Made by a program: the position numbers and the translations under genes | Assembly (NCBI GenBank): GCA_023430565.1 | Contig: JAEZAD010000089.1 | Span: forward strand, 2,872 to 66,871 | Length of the DNA stretch: 64,000 nucleotides | Source of the DNA: Verrucomicrobiota bacterium | GTDB lineage: Bacteria; Verrucomicrobiota; Verrucomicrobiia; Opitutales; Opitutaceae | Direction of reading: 5' to 3' | Notes under the pieces: generated by a model | Databases searched by the model: none | What the model was told of the DNA's origin: nothing | Seen by the model: the letters and a program-made list of their open reading frames with translations, nothing else | Part shown: positions 45,488 to 54,646 of the stretch, one piece after another | Layout: each line of letters opens with the position of its first letter | Numbering within the stretch: position 1 is the stretch's first letter

Positions 45488-46552
45488 ATGGCTGACGATC
45501 CCAACAGTGGCGGCAATACGCTCGATCAATCCGAGATCGACAAGCTGCTCGCGCAGGAAATCGCCGCCGCGCCACCGAAGCAGTTTCTGATCCGGCCCGA
45601 TGGCACGAAAGCCGGCGCGTCGGCGGCGCTCAAAGTCGAAGCCTACGATTTTCGCAACCCGGCCTTCCTCTCGGAAATCGAACTGCGCCGGCTCCGCCTC
45701 CTCCACGAGGATTTCATCCGCTATCTCTCCGCGCGCCTTTCGCTCTACCTGCGCATGGAACTCGGCCTGAAAATGGCGCGGCTCACGACGGCCTCCTACG
45801 CAAAATTCACCGACTCGCTCCCCAACCCGACCCACCTATGTCTCTTCAAAGTCGATCCACTCGTCGGCGTCGGCATCCTCGACGTCAACCCGCGCCTCGC
45901 GCTCACGATCGCCGACCGCCTCCTGGGCGGCCGTGGTCATTCGGTCAAAGCGGAACGTTATCTCACCGAGATTGAAATCGCGCTGCTCGAGGACGTGATC
46001 AACATCGTCCTCGAGGAGTGGTGCGCGCAGTGGAAGACCGAGCAGGAACTCCACCCGATCATCATCGGCCACGAAAACAACGGCCGCTTTCTCCAGACTT
46101 CGCCGAAGGATGCGATCGTGCTCGTGCTCACGCTCGAGGCGAATTTCGGCGACTGCTCCGAGCAGCTTCAGATCGGCGTGCCTTACTACACGATCGAACC
46201 GCTCGTGAAAAAGATGCAGGCGCGCCGTCAGAAGGACACCGCCGTGTCCTCCTCGGAAAAACGGGCGGAATGGCAGTCCGCTTACGAGCGCATCCATGTT
46301 CCCCTCCGCGCCGAGTGGACCGCGCTCGAGGTGAACCTCCGCGAAGTCACCAGTTTCCGCGTGGGCGACGTGCTCGAGCTGCCCGCCTCGATTTTTCATG
46401 AAACCCGCGTGCTGCTGAATGGCGCACCCAAATTTCTCGGCACGGTCGGCCTCGATGGGGACCGCGTCGCCGTGCAGCTCACACGCAAACTCCCACCGGC
46501 AGAGCCCACCCAGGCACAGGCCACCAAATTAGATGGAAGAAAAAACTCTTGA
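45488..46552 (+). CDS. fliM: flagellar motor switch protein FliM
   Basis: N-terminal LDQSEIDKLL (CheY-P docking peptide), then YDFRNP and LLHEDF. Confidence 0.9.
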   Translation: MADDPNSGGNTLDQSEIDKLLAQEIAAAPPKQFLIRPDGTKAGASAALKVEAYDFRNPAFLSEIELRRLRLLHEDFIRYLSARLSLYLRMELGLKMARLTTASYAKFTDSLPNPTHLCLFKVDPLVGVGILDVNPRLALTIADRLLGGRGHSVKAERYLTEIEIALLEDVINIVLEEWCAQWKTEQELHPIIIGHENNGRFLQTSPKDAIVLVLTLEANFGDCSEQLQIGVPYYTIEPLVKKMQARRQKDTAVSSSEKRAEWQSAYERIHVPLRAEWTALEVNLREVTSFRVGDVLELPASIFHETRVLLNGAPKFLGTVGLDGDRVAVQLTRKLPPAEPTQAQATKLDGRKNS

Positions 46553-46784
46553 TATCGTCCTCGACGTTAAGGTGAAGGTCACCGTGCAGCTGGGCTCGAT
46601 CCAGCTGCCGATGCGCGAAGTGCTCGAGCTCGCGCCCGGTTCGGTCGTGCAGCTCACGCAGCACGCGAGCGATCCCGTCGGCCTCTTTGTCAACGACCAG
46701 CTCGTCGCTTACGGCGAGGTGGTCGTCGTCGAAGACAACTTCGGCATCAAGATCACCGAGCTCGTCGGCGCCGCGAAACAATGA
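46533..46784 (+). CDS. fliN: flagellar motor switch protein FliN (SpoA domain only)
   Basis: 83 aa. VKVTVQLGSIQLPMREVLELAPGSVVQL...VNDQLVAYGEVVVVEDNFGIKITEL. Confidence 0.9.
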   Translation: MEEKTLDIVLDVKVKVTVQLGSIQLPMREVLELAPGSVVQLTQHASDPVGLFVNDQLVAYGEVVVVEDNFGIKITELVGAAKQ

Positions 46785-47239
46785 TGCCGACCCTCGGAGC
46801 CACGAGCGCGAGCGAGGCGTGCCGCCGCACGGGCGTCCGCGCATTGCTGTTTCTTTTCGCTTTTTCCTGCGCCTCGCTGGCACTCGCTGCGCCCACCGAC
46901 GGCGATGAAGTCATCGTGCCCAACGGCACCGCGCAACGCGGTGCCCCGCCGGCCGAGGCCGGCCCCGGCACCGGTGCGCTTACCTTCGTGGCCGTGCTGC
47001 TCCTGGGCGGCGCGGGCGGATGGGTGCTCTGGCGCGGTCGCAAGGGCGGACTCTCCGCGCTCAATCGCAATGGCCGCCAGCTCGCCGTCGAGGAAACCCG
47101 CTCGCTCGGCAACCGCCAGTTCCTCGTCGTCGCCTCGTATCGCGACCGTAAATTTCTGCTCGGGGTCTGCCCCGGCCGGATCGACCTGCTCTCGCCGCTT
47201 CACGACGAAGAGCCGGTCTTCGAAAAGTCCCGCGAATGA
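46781..47239 (+). CDS. fliO: flagellar biosynthetic protein FliO
   Basis: Single TM segment, LGNRQFLVVASYRDRKFLLGV motif, position before fliP. Confidence 0.75.
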   Translation: MMPTLGATSASEACRRTGVRALLFLFAFSCASLALAAPTDGDEVIVPNGTAQRGAPPAEAGPGTGALTFVAVLLLGGAGGWVLWRGRKGGLSALNRNGRQLAVEETRSLGNRQFLVVASYRDRKFLLGVCPGRIDLLSPLHDEEPVFEKSRE

Positions 47240-48078
47240 ACGTCTCGTTTTCGACGCGCCGCAGCGGACTCCTGCTCCGCGCCATCGCGCTCGGGCTCAT
47301 CCTCCTGCTGCTCGGCGTGCTGACGTCGCCGCACGTCCACGCGCAGGCGGCGGATGCGCCGGCTGCGTCCGAGCCCGCCGCGTCTTCGCAGGCGGTGAAC
47401 GCGGATCCGTTCCGGCTCAACATCGGGCTCGAAGGCACGGGCGAAGGCGGCCAGGTGAGCGTCGCCGTGCAGATCGTGCTCGTGATGACGCTGCTTTCCG
47501 TCGCGCCGTCTCTTGTCTTGTTGATGACGACGTTCACGCGGCTCGTGATTGTGCTCGGTTTCGTGCGCACCGCGCTGGGCACGCCTTCCGCGCCCTCGAA
47601 CCAGATCGTGATCGGCCTCTCGCTGTTCCTCACGTTTTTCCTGATGGGTCCGGTTTTCGAGCGGATCCAGCACGAGGCGATCGCCCCGTATCTCGACAAG
47701 CAGATCACCGCGGGCCAGGCGCTCGATCAGGCAACGATCCCGCTGAAGGATTTCATGCTGAAGCAAACGCGCACGCGGGACCTCGAGTATTTCCTGCAGC
47801 TCGGCGGCTTCGGCCCGACCGCGGTGAAAGACCTGCCGATGCGCGTCGTGATTCCGGCGTTCGTGTTGAGCGAACTGCAGACCGCGTTTCAGATGGGTTT
47901 CCTGCTCTTCCTGCCGTTTCTCGTGATCGACTTTCTCGTGGCATCCACGCTGATGGCGCTCGGCATGATGATGATGCCGCCGGTCACGGTCGCGCTCCCG
48001 CTCAAACTGCTGCTCTTCGTCCTCGTCGATGGCTGGCACCTCGTCGTGAGGTCGCTCGTGCAGAGCTTCGTGGCGTGA
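47236..48078 (+). CDS. fliP: flagellar type III export gate protein FliP
   Basis: TFTRLVIVLGFVRTALG, GLSLFLTFFLM, FQMGFLLFLPFLVIDFLVAS. Confidence 0.92.
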   Translation: MNVSFSTRRSGLLLRAIALGLILLLLGVLTSPHVHAQAADAPAASEPAASSQAVNADPFRLNIGLEGTGEGGQVSVAVQIVLVMTLLSVAPSLVLLMTTFTRLVIVLGFVRTALGTPSAPSNQIVIGLSLFLTFFLMGPVFERIQHEAIAPYLDKQITAGQALDQATIPLKDFMLKQTRTRDLEYFLQLGGFGPTAVKDLPMRVVIPAFVLSELQTAFQMGFLLFLPFLVIDFLVASTLMALGMMMMPPVTVALPLKLLLFVLVDGWHLVVRSLVQSFVA

Positions 48079-48092
48079 GTGCTCAAAACCCG

Positions 48093-48170
48093 GAGCCGAG
48101 AGCCCAGAGCGCAGAGCTCAATCACCGACTCGCCACCACCTTCCTGCTCTCAGCTCTGAACTCTCAGCTC
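48093..48170. repeat. imperfect 25-bp inverted repeat in the fliP-fliQ spacer
   Basis: GAGCCGAGAGCCCAGAGCGCAGAGC (48093-48117) versus the reverse complement of 48146-48170, GAGCTGAGAGTTCAGAGCTGAGAGC: 20/25 identical. Related CCCAGAGCCGAG follows fliQ. Confidence 0.6.
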
Positions 48171-48184
48171 GCAGCTTTCCCGTC

Positions 48185-48454
48185 ATGAATCCCGAACTCG
48201 CCATCGATATCTTCAAAACCAGCGTGATGTTCGCGCTCTACATCGTGGCGCCGTTCCTGATTCTGACGCTCGTTCTCGGCCTGCTGATGAGCTTGCTGCA
48301 ATCGGTCACGAGCCTGCAGGAGCAAACGCTCACCTTCGTCCCTAAGCTGCTGGGTCTGTCCGCGTTGATCCTCGTCCTGACTCCGTGGCTGCTACGATCG
48401 TTGTCGGAATTCACGATCACGATCATCACGCGCATGGGCACGATGGGGCACTGA
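48185..48454 (+). CDS. fliQ: flagellar type III export gate protein FliQ
   Basis: 89 aa, two TM segments, SLLQSVTSLQEQTLTFVPKL. Confidence 0.9.
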   Translation: MNPELAIDIFKTSVMFALYIVAPFLILTLVLGLLMSLLQSVTSLQEQTLTFVPKLLGLSALILVLTPWLLRSLSEFTITIITRMGTMGH

Positions 48455-48504
48455 TCGTCGTCCGAGCGCCCAGAGCCGAGGGTTGATCAAAGAGGCCGGC
48501 TGCC

Positions 48505-49257
48505 ATGTCGCTGGAATATCTCGTCACCTGGATGATGGTGCTGCTGCGGACGACCGGCATCATTCTGCAGCTTCCCCTGGTCGCGAATCGACCGATTCCC
48601 GCGATGGCGCGCGTGGGGATCTGCATGTGCATCGCCTCGCTGCTGGCGGGCATCGTGCCGGTGGCGGAGGTGCCCGTGACGCTGTGGGCGTTGTTCATTG
48701 CGGCGCTCGGCGAAGTGCTGGTGGGGCTGGCATTGGGGTTTGTCGCGAGAATGGCGTTTGCCGCGGTGGAAATGGCCGGACGCATCGTGGCGACGGAGGT
48801 CGGCTTGTCGGCTTCGCCGGGCATGGGCGTGCCGGAACCGAGCACGGAGCCGCTCGCGGCGCTGTTTGCGACGTTTGCGGTCGTGTTGTTTTTCCTGTTC
48901 GGCGGGCACCTCATGATGATCTCGGCGCTGGCGCGGAGTTTTTCGATCGTGCACGCGGGACATCCCGGTCTCGCGCCCGGCGCGAGCGAATCGATGATCC
49001 GCGCGACGTCGCACCTGCTCGAGATCGGGATGCGCATCGCGGCGCCGTTTATTGCGATGAACTTTCTGGTGGTGCTGTCGTTTTCCGCCCTCGGCCGCGT
49101 GGTGCAAAAACTGAATCCGTTCATCATGAGCTTTTCGCTCAAGATCATCGCCGGCTTCACGCTGCTCGCCTCCGCCGGTGCGTTGATCGCGCGCTATCTC
49201 TACGACGAGTTCAACGAGACTCCCGTGCGAATGCTGCAGCTGCTGGTGGGGAGCTGA
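48505..49257 (+). CDS. fliR: flagellar type III export gate protein FliR
   Basis: 250 aa, polytopic, MVLLRTTGIILQLPL..., position after fliQ. Confidence 0.85.
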   Translation: MSLEYLVTWMMVLLRTTGIILQLPLVANRPIPAMARVGICMCIASLLAGIVPVAEVPVTLWALFIAALGEVLVGLALGFVARMAFAAVEMAGRIVATEVGLSASPGMGVPEPSTEPLAALFATFAVVLFFLFGGHLMMISALARSFSIVHAGHPGLAPGASESMIRATSHLLEIGMRIAAPFIAMNFLVVLSFSALGRVVQKLNPFIMSFSLKIIAGFTLLASAGALIARYLYDEFNETPVRMLQLLVGS

Positions 49258-49270
49258 ACGTCGGCCGCCT

Positions 49271-50542
49271 TTAGAGCTGTGAGAGCGAACCGAGTTTGAC
49301 GGGCGCGACGCCCTCGACGGGCTTGCCGGCTTCGAGCGCGGGGTTGAAGCGAAGTTCGCCGAGCACGGACTCCAACGCCGCATCCCTCACCGGCTGTTTC
49401 GCGTCCGCATCGCGGAACACGGCGGTCGCCTTGCCTGCCTTCGACACGCGCACGTAGAAGGTTTCGGCGAGTTGATCCGGCTGCAGCCGGACGCGCGCCT
49501 CGCGATGCAGGCTGTCGGTGACGAGCCCAGGCGCGAGGGTGCGGCCTTGGTGGGCGGACACGTAGGCGAGAATCCTGAATTGATGCGCTTCGTCGTCGGT
49601 CACCTCGATGCGTCGACGCGAAAGGCTCGTGGCGAATTCGTCGGTGCCGTTGTAGACGTGCACGTCGCAGTGCTCGAGCACGTAGCCGGGAGACATGCCC
49701 GACGCGTAGACGTCCACCCGCTGGGTGTCCCCTGCGGAAATCGGACCGAGCGATTTCACGTGAACCCATTTGCGCACCTCGTTGGGTTTGCTCGTGGGCT
49801 CGCGGATGGTTGCGATCAACGCGACGTGCGGATTGGGCAGATCCGTTTCCGGCTGGAGGTCGAATGAAACGCGGATCGCATCATAGGCGCCCTGCGCGGC
49901 TTGATTCACCGCGAGACTCGTGCCCGCCAGCATGCTATTCACGCCGCCCCCCTCGAGACCGACCATCGCTTGCTGATTTTGCGCGGCGGCGAGATTGTCG
50001 GCTTCGGCTTGGGCGACGGCGTTCCAGGCGGCTGCATTGAGGGGTTCCTCGGCGCTGGCGGCTTGCGCGTTTGCCATTCCCATCCGGGCTTCCGAGTTCC
50101 GCACGCCGCGGTCGGCCATGTCCTGCATGGCGATGGCATCCGTCGCAAAGGCCGCAGCCTGAGCCATGCTGCGAAGAGGATCGGCATCGGGCGAGTAGGC
50201 GCGTTGCGCCTTGAACTTGGAAATCGCCACGTTCCGATCGGCCAGCTTGATCGCCTCGGTGACGCGCAGCGAAACGTCCGAAGCGATGCGGACCTTCACC
50301 GGCTGCCCCTCGCCCTTTGCGACGATGTTGCCGGGGGTGACGTCCTCGACGCGGAGATATTTGTCGCCCCGCTTCAGATCGATGTCCGCTCCGACAAAGA
50401 GCACATGGGTTTTGGGCGGCGGTGGGGCGGGCGGCGTGGATTTCGCGTCGGCGGCGACCGTCTGATTCTCGGCGAACAATCCCAAGCCGATCGCAAGGGC
50501 AACGTGGCGGGCGACTCGAGGGGGGCGGCAGAGCGAGTTCAT
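49271..50542 (-). CDS. hypothetical envelope protein: N-terminal anchor, short Pro-rich stretch, C-terminal TonB_C-like segment
   Basis: VALAIGLGLF...PPAPPPPK at the N-terminus. The C-terminus AVFRDADAKQPVRDAALESVLGELRFNPALEAGKPVEGV resembles the TonB C-terminal domain. Confidence 0.6.
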   Translation of the reverse strand: MNSLCRPPRVARHVALAIGLGLFAENQTVAADAKSTPPAPPPPKTHVLFVGADIDLKRGDKYLRVEDVTPGNIVAKGEGQPVKVRIASDVSLRVTEAIKLADRNVAISKFKAQRAYSPDADPLRSMAQAAAFATDAIAMQDMADRGVRNSEARMGMANAQAASAEEPLNAAAWNAVAQAEADNLAAAQNQQAMVGLEGGGVNSMLAGTSLAVNQAAQGAYDAIRVSFDLQPETDLPNPHVALIATIREPTSKPNEVRKWVHVKSLGPISAGDTQRVDVYASGMSPGYVLEHCDVHVYNGTDEFATSLSRRRIEVTDDEAHQFRILAYVSAHQGRTLAPGLVTDSLHREARVRLQPDQLAETFYVRVSKAGKATAVFRDADAKQPVRDAALESVLGELRFNPALEAGKPVEGVAPVKLGSLSQL

Positions 50543-50575
50543 GGCAGGGTGGGGTTTGGCGGCGGGGGAAACGCG

Positions 50576-51976
50576 TCAGTGGGACGAAAGGGGTTCGTTG
50601 CCGATGAGCGTTTTTATGCGGGAGAGATAGGCTTCGACGGTATCCGTGCGTTGGATGCTGAGGGCTTTTTCGAGATATTCGGCGCCTTTCGCGTAACGGC
50701 GGTTCTTCAGCTCGAGGCTGGCGAGTTCGAGACTCGCCCGATACGCCGTCTCGGGCTGGCGGGAGGCGGCTTCGAAAGCCAGGAGCGCGCGGGCGTAGTC
50801 CTGCTCTTCGGCGTAGGTGCGGCCGACCGTGAAGAGCGCACGGCCGTCGAGCGGCGCGTTTGCGAGCACCGCTTCCGCAGCGACGCGTGCCGCCGGCCAG
50901 TCTTTTCGGGCCATGAGCAGGTCGGCGCGCGCCTGCAAGGCCGGCGTGCGTGCCTCGGGCGTGGCATCCTTTTCGACGGCGGCGAGCGCTTCCTCGGCCT
51001 CCGTCAATCGATCCGCATCAATCAGAAGACGCACGAATTGCAGGAGCTTTTGTTCGCCGCGATCGCGCGCGGCGCCGAGCACCTTCCGATAGACGGCGAG
51101 CGCTTCCGCGGTGAGTTGCTGTTCCGCGTAGAGATCGCCGAGCAGCAGCAGTTCGTCGGGGCCGGCGATGCCTGCGCCGGCGGCGGTTTCGAGGAGCACC
51201 GCGGCTTCCACGCGTTTCCCCTGGGAAACGAGCACGCTGGCATACGTGAGCCAGTAACGTTTCTCCTCCGGGCGGTCTGCGATGAGGCTGTTCAGCAGCG
51301 ATTCCGCGCGGCCGAATTGTTTTCCTTCGATATAAATGCGCATCAGCCCTTCCGCCCACGCGGCGTTGTCGGGCGCGCCGGTGACCGCCTGCAGATAAGC
51401 CGTTTCCGCGGGCACGAGTTTTCCCTGTTTCTCCAGGCAATAGCCGAGCAGCCCGAGCGTGTCGGGATCGCGTTCGCCCAGGCTCACACTCTTGGAGAAA
51501 CATTCGACAGCTTCGCCGTAGCGGCTGCCGGTGTAGTAGAGGATGCCGAGATTGTTCCAGGCGCGAAGGAACGACGGGAATCGCGTCACCGCGCTGCGGT
51601 AGTGTTTCTCGGCGCGCTCCACCTGATCGGCGGCGTAGTAGACGTTGCCGAGGACGAACTCGAAGGCGGGGCTCGGCCGGTTCTTGTCGTCCATCATGCC
51701 TTCGAGCATGCGGACGCCGAGATCGACGTTGATCTCGAGCATCTCGACGACCTTCTCGTAGAGCGCGTATTCCTCCGCGTTGATCTCAGGCTCGCGCTCC
51801 TTGAGGAAGGCATTCGATTCGTTGACGATCCGCTTCGCATCCACGGGAGAGCGGTCGCCCCTGGCGGGTCGATCCGGTCTCGAGGCCAGTGTTTCGAGAA
51901 GCGTGTCGACGTCGTCCGCGAAAGCGCCGCTGGCCGTGGCGAGGCTGAAAATGCAGAGAAGGCGGAGCGTTTTCAT
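50576..51976 (-). CDS. tetratricopeptide-repeat protein (TtpD-like, TonB-system associated)
   Basis: Signal peptide and multiple TPR units (YY..A...Y..A type). Its start overlaps the tonB stop by 1 nt. Confidence 0.8.
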   Translation of the reverse strand: MKTLRLLCIFSLATASGAFADDVDTLLETLASRPDRPARGDRSPVDAKRIVNESNAFLKEREPEINAEEYALYEKVVEMLEINVDLGVRMLEGMMDDKNRPSPAFEFVLGNVYYAADQVERAEKHYRSAVTRFPSFLRAWNNLGILYYTGSRYGEAVECFSKSVSLGERDPDTLGLLGYCLEKQGKLVPAETAYLQAVTGAPDNAAWAEGLMRIYIEGKQFGRAESLLNSLIADRPEEKRYWLTYASVLVSQGKRVEAAVLLETAAGAGIAGPDELLLLGDLYAEQQLTAEALAVYRKVLGAARDRGEQKLLQFVRLLIDADRLTEAEEALAAVEKDATPEARTPALQARADLLMARKDWPAARVAAEAVLANAPLDGRALFTVGRTYAEEQDYARALLAFEAASRQPETAYRASLELASLELKNRRYAKGAEYLEKALSIQRTDTVEAYLSRIKTLIGNEPLSSH

Positions 51977-52728
51977 CAATCGAGCCCGAAGGGAGAACCG
52001 CCGCCGCCGAAGTTCACGCGAAAGCCCTGCTCGGCGAGGACCTTCACTTTTTTGCCGCGGCGGAGCGCGGGAGAAAACAGCCACTCGTTCGTGACGCAGC
52101 GTGCGACCAGGTCGTCGAACGCCGGCTTGCCGGAACTGCGAAGCACGCGGGCGTTCGTCACCTTGCCCTTCTGATCGATCAGCAGGAGCAGCACGACGCG
52201 CAGCGACGAGGCGCTGCCGTGGACGTCGGCCGGGATCGGCGGGGCGGTGCGGACGAGGGCGCGAGGTTTCTGATCGACTTCAGATTCCTGATACACGCGG
52301 GCGACGTCCGCATCGATGTTCAGCGTCGGCCTCAGCTCCGCGTGAAGCGTGGCGAGCTGCGCGCGCGCGGGCACATACGGTGTCGTCGGAATCACGGCGG
52401 CCAGATCCGGCGGCACGACCGCGATCTTGATGGGACTGTCGGACGCGCCGATCTCGATGCCGGAGATCGGCAGGTCCGCGGCCGGCGCCTCGATCGGTTG
52501 CGTCACGGTGGGCGGAGGAGGCGGCGGCTCGAGGGGCAGGGACACGCGGCGGATTTCCTCGATCTCGTCGGCGGGCGGAACGGCTTCGAGCGATTCGAAA
52601 CGCGCGACGGCGAAGAACAGGCCGAAGGAAAACGCGCCGCCGAGCAACAATCCCAGGCCCTCTTCCTGCATTCGCTGCGGAAGCCTGTGCGGATGGACGC
52701 TCGCGGCTGGATGAGTCATGGAATGCAC
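51976..52728 (-). CDS. tonB: energy transducer TonB
   Basis: TM segment GLLLGGAFSFGLFFAV, Pro-rich LEPPPPPPT, C-terminal GKVTNARVLRSSGKPAFDDLVARCVTNEWLFSPALRRGKKV. Confidence 0.8.
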   Translation of the reverse strand: MHSMTHPAASVHPHRLPQRMQEEGLGLLLGGAFSFGLFFAVARFESLEAVPPADEIEEIRRVSLPLEPPPPPPTVTQPIEAPAADLPISGIEIGASDSPIKIAVVPPDLAAVIPTTPYVPARAQLATLHAELRPTLNIDADVARVYQESEVDQKPRALVRTAPPIPADVHGSASSLRVVLLLLIDQKGKVTNARVLRSSGKPAFDDLVARCVTNEWLFSPALRRGKKVKVLAEQGFRVNFGGGGSPFGLD

Positions 52729-52729
52729 C

Positions 52730-53209
52730 TCAGAAGCTTTCCACCTGCGTGGCGTTCAATTGTTGCACATACCTGAGCACCTCGCGATGGGCGAGGAACA
52801 CGAGCAGCAGGGCGGGGAGCGCGACGAGCAGGCCCGACGCCGTCGCCACGAGCACTTCCGAGATGCCGTTCGCGAGGCCCTCCATCGATTTCTCGCCAGC
52901 CCGCTGGGCGAGACTCTCGAACGTCGTCACCATCCCGCTGACCGTGCCGAGGAGCCCGAGGAGCGGCGCTGCGGCAATCATCGCACCGAGGGCGACGCGG
53001 TGCTGGCGAAACGATTCGCGCATGTCCTCCTGCAGGCGAAGAACCGAAGTCGGATCCAGCCGGTCAACGGCCAGGTTTTTCACGTCGCGCTGGGAGCGCC
53101 GGATCACGAGCAGCAGCGTGAAGCAGCGCCAGTAGAGCACGACCGAAAGCGTCATGATGGCGACGATCGCGGGCCCGCCTTTATCGATCAGTTCGGCGAG
53201 TGAACTCAT
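52730..53209 (-). CDS. exbB: MotA/TolQ/ExbB proton-channel family protein (short)
   Basis: 159 aa. APLLGLLGTVSGMV and ISEVLVATASGLLVALPA. Confidence 0.85.
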   Translation of the reverse strand: MSSLAELIDKGGPAIVAIMTLSVVLYWRCFTLLLVIRRSQRDVKNLAVDRLDPTSVLRLQEDMRESFRQHRVALGAMIAAAPLLGLLGTVSGMVTTFESLAQRAGEKSMEGLANGISEVLVATASGLLVALPALLLVFLAHREVLRYVQQLNATQVESF

Positions 53210-54642
53210 GCGATGACGGTTTCGTGGCGTTGATCCGGTTCGACGCCCGCGGTCCGGGCGGTTTCCACGGCGGTGCAGAACTCGAGCGCGTAACGCTGGA
53301 GCAGGGAGAGGTTTTTTTGAATGCGATGGGTCAGAAACCCGTGCGCCACCAAAGTGGGGATTGCGACCGCGAGACCGAGCTCGGTCGCGACGAGCACTTC
53401 CGAAATGCCGCTCGAAAGCTTGGCGGCATTGCCGGTGCCGAACACGGTGATGAGCGCGAACGTCTTGACCATGCCGACCACCGTTCCGAGCAAACCCATC
53501 AACGGAGCGGCGGTGGCGATGACGGCGAGCAACGGCAGTCGCCGCTCGCTGTGCAGACGCACCATGAGCAGCGCGGCCTCGAGGCGTTCTTCCAGAATCG
53601 CCTTCGGCTGTCGCACGTGACGCAACCCGACGAACACGAGATCGCGCGTGGCGCCTCTCAGCGATTTTGCCGCAGCTTCGGCTTCGGCGATCGAACCGCG
53701 CGCGATGTGCTCGAGCACCGGCTCGACGGCGCGATCGACACCCATGCGGGCGAGATCGCGGACTTTTTGGAGAATCATCACGAAGGCCACGACGCCGACG
53801 ACGAGGATGAGATAAGCGACCATGCCGCCCTTCCCGATGTGCTCCCAGACGGTGCCTGTCGTTTCCTGCAGCCGCAGCGCTTTTCCACCGGAGGCGTCGG
53901 CGATGATCGTGGCCGGTTCGCCGGCGAAGAAACGTGTCGCATCTTCGTCGCGCCAGAGCTGCAGGGGATAGTTGACGGGATACTTCGAGGTTTCGCGTGG
54001 CCGCACGGAGCCGGCGGCGCCGCCCTGGTCTGGATGAAAAAATGTTTCGGGCCCGAGAAACGCGAAGGTGCCGCTCACAACTTGATCGGTCGTCGCGAGC
54101 GTGGCGGTGCCGGTCGCGCGGTAGCCGCCCAAGGCGCGTTCGGTTCCGGCGAGAAGGAACTCGACGATGTCGAGCGTGGCGGTGCCGGTCTGGCCGGGCG
54201 GCGCTTCGTCGAGCTGAGCTCTCAATCGGAACAGTTCTTCGCCGACGATTTGGGTTTCGCCGGGGGCCAGTCCGTCCTCGCCGGCTTTCAAACCGTCGCG
54301 CGCCAGCGTCGCCGCGTAGCTGGTCGTCTTGCGCAACGCGTCCAGTTCCTGCAGCAGCTTGCGTCTTTGTTCGGCGTGTTCTTCGCGGTTCGTTTCGAAA
54401 CGAGTGGCCTGGCTTTCGGCAGCGAGAATTCGGTCCTCGGACGCTTTCAGGCGGGCGAGCAGCGGCGCTTTCTCGGCGAGGAGGCGGGCGCGGACGCGGT
54501 TGAGTTCCTCGGCCGCCTGAAGCTTTCGATTGCGATAATCGGCCTCCGCGCCGTCGAGCGCCTCGGCGAGCGGTTGGGAGCGGAGCGGGGTGCCGACCAG
54601 AAGCGCGGCGAACGCCAGCAGCGAAAAAATCGAGGGCTTCAT
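53206..54642 (-). CDS. MotA/TolQ/ExbB family protein with a large periplasmic N-domain (TtpC-like)
   Basis: 478 aa. Signal peptide, a coiled-coil/periplasmic domain of about 270 aa, then APLMGLLGTVVGMV and ISEVLVATELGLAVAIPT. Confidence 0.85.
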   Translation of the reverse strand: MKPSIFSLLAFAALLVGTPLRSQPLAEALDGAEADYRNRKLQAAEELNRVRARLLAEKAPLLARLKASEDRILAAESQATRFETNREEHAEQRRKLLQELDALRKTTSYAATLARDGLKAGEDGLAPGETQIVGEELFRLRAQLDEAPPGQTGTATLDIVEFLLAGTERALGGYRATGTATLATTDQVVSGTFAFLGPETFFHPDQGGAAGSVRPRETSKYPVNYPLQLWRDEDATRFFAGEPATIIADASGGKALRLQETTGTVWEHIGKGGMVAYLILVVGVVAFVMILQKVRDLARMGVDRAVEPVLEHIARGSIAEAEAAAKSLRGATRDLVFVGLRHVRQPKAILEERLEAALLMVRLHSERRLPLLAVIATAAPLMGLLGTVVGMVKTFALITVFGTGNAAKLSSGISEVLVATELGLAVAIPTLVAHGFLTHRIQKNLSLLQRYALEFCTAVETARTAGVEPDQRHETVIA

Positions 54643-54646
54643 GGCG

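Noticed and set aside
49901-52174. 757-aa ORF on the plus strand
   Set aside because: Antisense to the TonB_C-like and TPR genes. Shadow-frame composition.
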